Of a stretch of 64,000 nucleotides of DNA, positions 58,312 through 64,000 are shown one piece after another; the first letter of the stretch is position 1; each line of letters opens with the position of its first letter. The notes under the pieces are model-generated. The model made no database searches and was not told where the DNA came from. It worked only from the letters and a program-made list of their open reading frames with translations. The position numbers were made by a program, and so were the translations under genes. The stretch comes from a virus (taxonomy: Duplodnaviria; Caudoviricetes): positions 1,719 to 65,718 of the IMG/VR virus record IMGVR_UViG_3300020456_000177; one strand, 5' to 3'.

Positions 58312-60045
58312 CTATAATTTTGTTTGTTTTTCAAGACTGTGGGTGACAATCCCCACAGTGGGAGTTGTATTTTCAACCTGCGATGCATTAGTCATTGTTG
58401 TTGGTATTGGCCAGTAGTAACTGCCACCAGGTCCACCCCAATTTACATTAGAACCCGATAATGGATTTATATTAGTAGAAACAACCTGAGTGGGATTACC
58501 ACTTAGTTGTGATCTTGGAACATATTGGTACTCACCATAAATTCCATGTCCCTTATCCATATCTTTGGGAAACTTGAATAATACCACTTGATTCTCATGT
58601 GATACACCAGTCTGATCTGTACGATCGGTTTCGGACTGTAGGTAAATGAATTCATCACCTACTATCATTGAAATTTGACCGTCTGTAGAAGTTGCTATCC
58701 TATCATTTCCATTAACGACCGTTAGAATATTCTCATTAAGTAATTGTCCTGTTGTTGCATGGAATTTGACAATGGTGCATCTTGACTCATTATGACCACA
58801 AACAACATAGACATGATCACCATCCCATACTACAGAAGAAGGATTACCAGAATAGAAATTAAAGTCGGCAGAAGTTACATAGAACCCACGTCCAATGTTA
58901 GTTAAAGCGGCATCCCACCACCAGAAGTATTGTCTACTTCTAGGTAAAGGAGTTGTGGTATCATTACCGGTCGTAGCTGCAATTGACATGATTGGATAAG
59001 GATCGGTCTCATCACCATTAGTGAATACAAATCCAGGAAAATACCATGGAAATGGAAATGCGGTATAAGGTCCTGCTCCATTCTGCATTGCAATCCCAAA
59101 ACCACCGGGACCAATGGTTTCTCCATTAGTCGATCGACGATAGATTGCAACGATGTTATAACATGGTGCATTGGGTGATGAACACTTATGTCCCGCTCCA
59201 TTATCGGTATGGACATATACCCAATCACCTAACTTGCAAATCTTGATGCCATAATTATGTCCATTGGCATTACCGGTGCCACCACTACTACCCATGAACC
59301 TGGAACTGGTAGTAACTCCGGTCTGTGCCGATACGGTAGAACATGCAGTCATGAACTGTTGAGTAGGATAACCAAATGAATATGCATTCGCTCCTTCTAT
59401 CTGTAAAAGAGTTTCATTGGTATCAATAAAAACGGCATCGGTAATCATTCCACCATGGAAACTTTGTCCCCCACCAAAACCATTAGTCATGCCACCATAC
59501 AGAGACATTGACTCAGTGCTATCAAATCGATAAACACCATCCTGATCTACACTCTGTACCCAGGTATTATGATTGCTATTATTACCATTAGGAATGAGTG
59601 CATCACCTAACTGGTAAATGTTATCATTACTATCTACGAGCACCGTTTCGGTGGTTTTATCGAGATACGAGGTTGTGCCGGTCGGATCAGCCGTCCTCTG
59701 CCATACAACTTCCCCGTCAGGAGTAATCCTAAACAACGTGCAGAGCCGAAAACTACTACCCTGAGGTAGACTATTAACCGCACTGACTAGGTTGCCATCT
59801 GACAGTAAATTCAAAGGTGTCCCTTTTCTCTGAGAGGTATAGACTCTATCTGCTCCTGCCGTTCCGGCACCGAACAGCATCCGCCAGCCTGCTCCACCAG
59901 AAACAAATAATAAATCCCAATTACCATTTGCCTTACTGTATAACTCATCAATCTCTAACCATACACCATCCTTCTTGATATATGGTGATATAACCTTTCT
60001 CCAAGATCCTTCGTCCTTCACATAGAGATCACAACCTTCAGACAT
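58312..60045 (-). CDS. Putative fibre / receptor-binding protein with a beta-propeller-like body
   Basis: N-terminal YVK.EG.W / YIKKDGVW / YSKANGNW repeats; DGEVVWQR, VDSNDNIY, DGDHVYV blade-like motifs. Confidence 0.55.
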   Translation of the reverse strand: MSEGCDLYVKDEGSWRKVISPYIKKDGVWLEIDELYSKANGNWDLLFVSGGAGWRMLFGAGTAGADRVYTSQRKGTPLNLLSDGNLVSAVNSLPQGSSFRLCTLFRITPDGEVVWQRTADPTGTTSYLDKTTETVLVDSNDNIYQLGDALIPNGNNSNHNTWVQSVDQDGVYRFDSTESMSLYGGMTNGFGGGQSFHGGMITDAVFIDTNETLLQIEGANAYSFGYPTQQFMTACSTVSAQTGVTTSSRFMGSSGGTGNANGHNYGIKICKLGDWVYVHTDNGAGHKCSSPNAPCYNIVAIYRRSTNGETIGPGGFGIAMQNGAGPYTAFPFPWYFPGFVFTNGDETDPYPIMSIAATTGNDTTTPLPRSRQYFWWWDAALTNIGRGFYVTSADFNFYSGNPSSVVWDGDHVYVVCGHNESRCTIVKFHATTGQLLNENILTVVNGNDRIATSTDGQISMIVGDEFIYLQSETDRTDQTGVSHENQVVLFKFPKDMDKGHGIYGEYQYVPRSQLSGNPTQVVSTNINPLSGSNVNWGGPGGSYYWPIPTTMTNASQVENTTPTVGIVTHSLEKQTKL

Positions 60046-60047
60046 TA

Positions 60048-60269
60048 TTATTCCTCACAGTAATACCAGAGATCTCCATCCTTTCCTACATTATTACTCG
60101 ATGGTGTCGAAGCTGTACTGACGGTCACATTGGACTCTGGTGCGTTCGGAGTGAACTTTGCGTCCACTTCTTCCTTCGAATACACATCAGATATCTTACC
60201 TGTTACCCACAGATTACCTTCGATGGTCTTGAATAGTTGACCAGACGTATGATCCTTTTCTAGTTTCAT
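60048..60269 (-). CDS. Small fibre-type module protein
   Basis: Start MKLEKD at 60269 (ATGA overlap); VYSKEEVD and TPS...GKDGDLWY fibre motifs. Confidence 0.55.
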   Translation of the reverse strand: MKLEKDHTSGQLFKTIEGNLWVTGKISDVYSKEEVDAKFTPNAPESNVTVSTASTPSSNNVGKDGDLWYYCEE

Positions 60270-60439
60270 GCCTTCCTCAGAATTAAACAACCGTCTTCTT
60301 CATCTATAATCCACTCTAACTTATCTCCTTCTTCCCATCCCATATCCATACACATCCAATCGGGGATCGTAATGATAGGCTCACCAGTTACCGGGTCGAT
60401 CTCTACGGTCGTTGTCTCATGTCCGAAATTTTTATCCAT
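60266..60439 (-). CDS. AbrB/MazE/SpoVT-family DNA-binding protein (57 aa)
   Basis: Hand-translated MDKNFGHETTTVEIDPVTGEPIITIPDWMCMDMGWEEGDKLEWIIDEEDGCLILRKA; ITIP...GW.EGD.LEW....G.LIL.K. Confidence 0.7.
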   Translation of the reverse strand: MDKNFGHETTTVEIDPVTGEPIITIPDWMCMDMGWEEGDKLEWIIDEEDGCLILRKA

Positions 60440-60645
60440 ACCCAATAAACCCTATACCGTTTTTATATATGGGAAAAAAATTTTGAAATCGACCGGAATC
60501 GTTATAACGAACTCGATCTGGGTCGTTTATAGCTTAGAGGGACCCTTTAAATTATAAACCCCCATCGCAGGCACCGAAGGCATCAACGAAGGGGGGATAT
60601 AACTGCCAGCACACTAACACTGACTGCCGAAGGATTCACTCCCTC

Positions 60646-60674
60646 ATTATAACATAAGGACTGCCAGTTGTCAA
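60646..60674 (-). promoter_or_regulatory. Perfect sigma70 promoter
   Basis: TTGACA-N17-TATAAT with TGn extension. Confidence 0.85.
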
Positions 60675-60683
60675 CACATTACC

Positions 60684-60704
60684 TGTGGAAAAACCTGTGG
60701 AAAA
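60684..60704 (-). promoter_or_regulatory. Two tandem DnaA-box-like 9-mers
   Basis: TGTGGAAAA (reverse complement of TTTTCCACA) at 60684-60692 and 60696-60704. Confidence 0.65.
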
Positions 60705-60715
60705 CTAACACATAG

Positions 60716-60859
60716 TCATGCACAGTACCTGTCAGCCAACTGCTCATAATGTCCTACTTGATCATAGTCATCATCTGCATAGTTTGTGTCATAAACCTCC
60801 CCCATATCATAGAGTTCGCATATACTCTCATAGTCGTCATAAGTATAATCCTCACCCAT
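60716..60859 (-). CDS. Very acidic Tyr-rich micro-protein (47 aa)
   Basis: Hand-translated MGEDYTYDDYESICELYDMGEVYDTNYADDDYDQVGHYEQLADRYCA; upstream AGGGG SD, TGGTATAAT and GATAAATA. Confidence 0.55.
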   Translation of the reverse strand: MGEDYTYDDYESICELYDMGEVYDTNYADDDYDQVGHYEQLADRYCA

Positions 60860-60953
60860 GATTGAGACCCCTGACTGACACTGTGGTATTATACCATATT
60901 TATCACTGACACTGCCAATTGTAAGGGTTCTGTGATATTTTGAGTCCTGGGGG

Positions 60954-60982
60954 TTGACAACACTCTCTCTTCATGATATGCT
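60954..60982 (+). promoter_or_regulatory. Plus-strand sigma70-type promoter with no downstream + gene
   Basis: TTGACA-N17-TATGCT with TGn extension. Confidence 0.6.
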
Positions 60983-61138
60983 CACTTAACTTACATCAAC
61001 ACCGCACATTAAAGTATATTTAATTCACCCTTTTTTAACTGTGCAAAATAACACCTAAACCTACTATCTATAAGTGATTTTCAAGAGCACAAATTAGGAG
61101 ACATCACTGTCTACAACTGCGATGCGCAAAAATAACAA

Positions 61139-61174
61139 AGTTTTCCACAGATATGCCAAAACCTGTGGAAAACT
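61139..61174. promoter_or_regulatory. Inverted pair of DnaA-box-like sites
   Basis: AGTTTTCCACAG-N12-CTGTGGAAAACT, a perfect 12-bp inverted repeat. Confidence 0.65.
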
Positions 61175-61226
61175 CTATGTTTAGTTTATGTTAATTTTAT
61201 GCGAAAAAACCCTCGTTTATATACCC

Positions 61227-61376
61227 TTACCACTCAGACAGTACATGATACTTAGGGGAAGGAATATCCTCATCCCAGATAATATCCTCTGCATCCAACT
61301 TATCCCACAAGTGTTCAGGTATCTCATCCATGATGGAATCAACGAAGTCTTGTGATGTTGTCGTTGTAATAGTCAT
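61227..61376 (-). CDS. Small acidic hypothetical protein (49 aa)
   Basis: Hand-translated MTITTTTSQDFVDSIMDEIPEHLWDKLDAEDIIWDEDIPSPKYHVLSEW; SD GGAGG. Confidence 0.55.
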   Translation of the reverse strand: MTITTTTSQDFVDSIMDEIPEHLWDKLDAEDIIWDEDIPSPKYHVLSEW

Positions 61377-61380
61377 CAAC

Positions 61381-61659
61381 CTAAACCTCCGAAAGTGATA
61401 CTAACTGAGTAGACAGAACGTTATACTCCTCATCAATTATAGCACACAAATGCTTTACTTCCTTCTCACCAGATCCATACACTTTAACCATGAAAGTATC
61501 AGTCCAAGCTGACACTAACTCTACCGTTTCATATTTATCAAGAAAGGCAGAAATATCATCATACTTTGTTGATGCAAACTCTACCTCTAATTCAGCAACA
61601 TAACCAGAGTGGAAATGCAACCCTTTAGACAAACTTTCGACAGTGAGAGAACTTTTCAT
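61381..61659 (-). CDS. Hypothetical protein
   Basis: 92-aa ORF in the early-type cluster. Confidence 0.55.
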   Translation of the reverse strand: MKSSLTVESLSKGLHFHSGYVAELEVEFASTKYDDISAFLDKYETVELVSAWTDTFMVKVYGSGEKEVKHLCAIIDEEYNVLSTQLVSLSEV

Positions 61660-61689
61660 TATTTAGGGAAAATAGGGTGATTTCAGTGT

Positions 61690-61884
61690 TTAGTTAGTAG
61701 TGGTAAGATCAGGAATAAAGAGAAACTCATATTCACCATCTTCTGGATCTTTACCATCAACAATCCATTCATTCATGACGGCAAAAGCATCATCAGGATT
61801 GTTCAACTTTACATGTGCAGTAACAAGATCAAACAGTGATTCAGACATATTATCGACGCAGGATTGACGTTGCTTGTTGTTCAT
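61690..61884 (-). CDS. Hypothetical protein
   Basis: 64-aa acidic ORF with an ATGA overlap with the HicA-like gene. Confidence 0.6.
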   Translation of the reverse strand: MNNKQRQSCVDNMSESLFDLVTAHVKLNNPDDAFAVMNEWIVDGKDPEDGEYEFLFIPDLTTTN

Positions 61885-62072
61885 AACTGTGTGATTGAGT
61901 TGATGTACTTTTGGGTGAGAAATTGGATGCCTGGAGATACATCCTTGTGTTGTTTGGGAACAACTAGATTATGGCACACATTTGGGTGTTTGTAAACATG
62001 GTGCTTCCCCCCAGTTCTTACTAATTCAATGCCATGAGATGATAACATCTTGATGAATGTTTTGTATTTCAT
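61881..62072 (-). CDS. hicA: HicA (YcfA)-family toxin-like protein
   Basis: 63 aa, IKML..HG.ELVRTGGKHHVYKHP....LVVP..HKDVSPG follows the HicA pattern including the catalytic His position. Confidence 0.7.
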   Translation of the reverse strand: MKYKTFIKMLSSHGIELVRTGGKHHVYKHPNVCHNLVVPKQHKDVSPGIQFLTQKYINSITQL

Positions 62073-62077
62073 GGAAT

Positions 62078-62101
62078 AAAAAAGAGGGGGTTAATCCCCT
62101 C
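62078..62101 (-). terminator. Rho-independent terminator just upstream of the hicA-like ATG
   Basis: Minus strand GAGGGG-ATTAAC-CCCCTC-TTTTTT. Confidence 0.7.
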
Positions 62102-62450
62102 ATGAAAAGATGAAACCATTTTCGAAATCTTCGACGTTGAAGACTTTACCAGTGATGGAAGATTGTGCGATGCACTTTCTCACAAACCACTTGTAATTCT
62201 TCTGAAACACACCTTCACCCGAGATGCAGAAATAATCGCACAAAGCATTTAGTCTGCTCTTGGTAGTTACTGTCTGCCAACCACCATCAAAAATGGTCAT
62301 GTCGTTGTCAGAAATCTCGGCAATCTTGTTACCGTGAAGACGTACCACAGAAACACCAGTCTCGGGGTCAAAGTGAACAGAAGTGTTAGCAGATTGCCAG
62401 TTAATGTTGGACTGGACTGCTTGACACATTTGCTGTTCGATCTTGCGCAT
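62100..62450 (-). CDS. Hypothetical early-type protein
   Basis: Likely start MRKIEQQM at 62450; LHGNKIA, DGGWQTVTTKSRLNAL. Confidence 0.7.
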   Translation of the reverse strand: MRKIEQQMCQAVQSNINWQSANTSVHFDPETGVSVVRLHGNKIAEISDNDMTIFDGGWQTVTTKSRLNALCDYFCISGEGVFQKNYKWFVRKCIAQSSITGKVFNVEDFENGFIFS

Positions 62451-62507
62451 AATGAAGAAGAGAATGGGTTGGGTTGGTGGGGTTGGTTTCCCTCCCCCGA
62501 TGTCCTT

Positions 62508-62563
62508 AATATAGGGTATCTGGACGGCAGTGCCAAAAAATTGTGCCACTACGCCGACTGTCA
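62508..62563 (-). promoter_or_regulatory. Operator-promoter
   Basis: TGACAGTCGGCGTAGTGGCACA-N28-TATATT-N5-CAT; also TTGGCA-N17-TATATT. Confidence 0.7.
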
Positions 62564-62746
62564 CTCCCCGAAGAATGCAAAGTGAGCATCAACCACGAAA
62601 TCGATCACCTCGTCAGTGGCAGAGCACTCGAACTGCTCGCAAAACCAGTCCACCGCCAGATCAGCGGGTGCCATGGTATCGAACAGGAAATCTTGCAGGT
62701 CCTGCAGGGTTTGGGGATTGGAGAGAATCGTTTTTGTTTTGTTCAT
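62561..62746 (-). CDS. Hypothetical acidic protein
   Basis: Likely start MNKTKT at 62746. Confidence 0.6.
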   Translation of the reverse strand: MNKTKTILSNPQTLQDLQDFLFDTMAPADLAVDWFCEQFECSATDEVIDFVVDAHFAFFGE

Positions 62747-62752
62747 GCTCCT

Positions 62753-62809
62753 ACTATTGCACACCCAGGTTAAGTGGCAGTTAAGGAGTGGTCAATTTCT
62801 CAATCGTCT
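62753..62809 (-). promoter_or_regulatory. Operator-promoter (degenerate copy)
   Basis: AGACGATTGAGAAATTGACCAC-N29-AATAGT-N5-CAT(G). Confidence 0.45.
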
Positions 62810-62909
62810 GTTTACGTTGTTGCAATACCTCAAACATATTAGAATCAAGTAACTCAATCATGAGATTACTTGCCAACATGATGATCATAACCGTGAAGAG
62901 AATTCGCAT
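62781..62909 (-). CDS. Small putative membrane peptide (42 aa)
   Basis: Hand-translated MRILFTVMIIMLASNLMIELLDSNMFEVLQQRKQTIEKLTTP; TAATG coupling. Confidence 0.5.
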   Translation of the reverse strand: MRILFTVMIIMLASNLMIELLDSNMFEVLQQRKQTIEKLTTP

Positions 62910-63091
62910 TAGTTTGCCTCCAAAAGTTCAGGATAATACTCTTTAACTTCTTCCATCAATTCATCATCGGAATACTTATCATAACTCTCATGCATGTAAT
63001 CATCAAGAACTGACCACATAGTTTTGAGATCCATCCCATCAATTATGGCATTGATGAGTTCTGCTTGAAGTTCGGAGCGGTTAGTGTTCAT
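62909..63091 (-). CDS. Hypothetical acidic protein
   Basis: IIDGMDLK...EEVKEYYPELLE. Confidence 0.65.
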   Translation of the reverse strand: MNTNRSELQAELINAIIDGMDLKTMWSVLDDYMHESYDKYSDDELMEEVKEYYPELLEAN

Positions 63092-63285
63092 TTGCGTTGG
63101 TTGGGTAGGATTCGATGAATGGGGAAAATCTCTTGAATTGGGTGATCATGACCACAGGGAACAATGAAAACCCGATGTTGATGAAGATTGGCAATTTCTG
63201 TGCCTCGGGTTACTCCATCGGCGAAGGAGTGAGTAAACTCCTCCATAATTGTACCCCGATCGTCAACAAGTTTTAGAACGTACAT
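63088..63285 (-). CDS. Hypothetical protein
   Basis: 65-aa ORF with ATGA coupling. Confidence 0.5.
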   Translation of the reverse strand: MYVLKLVDDRGTIMEEFTHSFADGVTRGTEIANLHQHRVFIVPCGHDHPIQEIFPIHRILPNQRK

Positions 63286-63418
63286 TGCGTGGATTGATAA
63301 GTCTTAGGTGATCAAGTGCGTCACCTAAAGTTGAACGAACATACTCATCTCTGAGTATTGATTTGACATACACTTCATAGAGAGAAGTGTAAAGATCATC
63401 CCATTGAGTTTGTGTCAT
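63263..63418 (-). CDS. Hypothetical protein (51 aa)
   Basis: Hand-translated MTQTQWDDLYTSLYEVYVKSILRDEYVRSTLGDALDHLRLINPRNVRSKTC; TGATG coupling. Confidence 0.55.
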   Translation of the reverse strand: MTQTQWDDLYTSLYEVYVKSILRDEYVRSTLGDALDHLRLINPRNVRSKTC

Positions 63419-63675
63419 CAACCTCCGAACATTTCATCGAATAAGTTTTGAGCACTCTCACCACGTTCTTTCCATTCTTCTCCTCGCATTTCTATCTCGT
63501 GATCCATCATATCTCGCATCAACATAAAGTCATCAATCTTATCCTGAATCTTGTTACGTTGAGCAACAAGATCTTGGATTCTAGAGTTAATCTGGCAACG
63601 GTCCCAACCATCAACCGTCAAGACTTTAGTGGTCGTGCCGTTGATAATTCGGTTTGAGTCTTGAATGATGCTCAT
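63418..63675 (-). CDS. Hypothetical coiled-coil protein
   Basis: 85-aa ORF directly downstream of an operator-promoter. Confidence 0.65.
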   Translation of the reverse strand: MSIIQDSNRIINGTTTKVLTVDGWDRCQINSRIQDLVAQRNKIQDKIDDFMLMRDMMDHEIEMRGEEWKERGESAQNLFDEMFGG

Positions 63676-63698
63676 GAGTGTTTTTGTCTGATGTGCTT

Positions 63699-63755
63699 AC
63701 TATAGGACACCAGAGGGGGAAATCTATCCCCCTTGTGCCACCTAGTTGACTGTCA
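63699..63755 (-). promoter_or_regulatory. Operator-promoter with a spacer hairpin
   Basis: TGACAGTCAACTAGGTGGCACA-N29-TATAGT-N5-CAT; spacer holds an AGGGGGA/TCCCCCT inverted repeat. Confidence 0.7.
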
Positions 63756-64000
63756 TGCCTCGATTAACACTTTCTCGGGATCTTTCTCGTTAAATGAGTT
63801 CATATCATAGCAAACCCATTCGTTATTCACAGTCCAAACATATGCGAATTCTTCGTTATTATTTTTCTCTAGGTAATCAAAGATGCTAGAATCTAAACGA
63901 GGGGGACAATCTTCACCACGTTGAGAATAGTATTGAGGACCGTATTCTTCACTCTCAGACTTAGTGGCACCACCGTACTGGTTTGGTTCACTATCCCACC
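63753..64000 (-). CDS. Partial hypothetical protein (3' end)
   Basis: Open frame ...YGPQYYSQRGEDCPPRLD...EEFAYVWT...VLIEA*. Confidence 0.6.
   Translation of the reverse strand, partial: WDSEPNQYGGATKSESEEYGPQYYSQRGEDCPPRLDSSIFDYLEKNNNEEFAYVWTVNNEWVCYDMNSFNEKDPEKVLIEA

Noticed and set aside
60684-60859. DnaA-trio element next to the DnaA boxes
   Set aside because: No CTA/TAG triplet run directly downstream of the boxes; NAN triplets in the acidic ORF are explained by D/E/Y codons
62451-62564. Extended start of the 154-aa ORF
   Set aside because: Runs through the promoter and a C-rich leader; MRKIE at 62450 is preferred
1-64000. CRISPR array, DGR, tRNA, intron/intein, stop-codon recoding
   Set aside because: No repeat-spacer array, RT motif or T-loop signature seen by eye; core genes are uninterrupted in the standard code. 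tRNAscan and Infernal were not run

Overview
A 64 kb segment of a T4-like myovirus genome whose gene content and order match marine cyanophages (Kyanoviridae-like; the host assignment is inference). All supported genes are on the - strand. In transcription order (right to left): (1) small early-type ORFs (61.2-64 kb), including an orphan HicA-like toxin; (2) a ~0.8 kb gene-poor control region (60.44-61.22 kb) with four perfect cyanobacterial-type DnaA boxes (TTTTCCACA), divergent sigma70 promoters and a very acidic micro-ORF; (3) an AbrB-like gene, a split fibre-like gene pair and a 2OG-Fe(II) oxygenase / glycosyltransferase / basic peptide / ATP-grasp cluster; (4) the structural operon gp25-gp6-gp7-gp8-DUF4815-fibre-gp13 to gp23-gp3; (5) uvsY-uvsW-gp55-gp47-gp46 and a VWA-metallopeptidase plus MoxR/'CobS' AAA ATPase pair. 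Most interesting leads: the DnaA-box locus, a 333-aa protein that looks like a gp21-processed polyprotein of Cys-paired cationic peptides, a five-copy operator-promoter with fixed geometry, and an antisense promoter back-to-back with the gp55 promoter. No tRNA, CRISPR array, integrase or reverse transcriptase was recognised. All family assignments come from motif recognition and synteny, not database searches.
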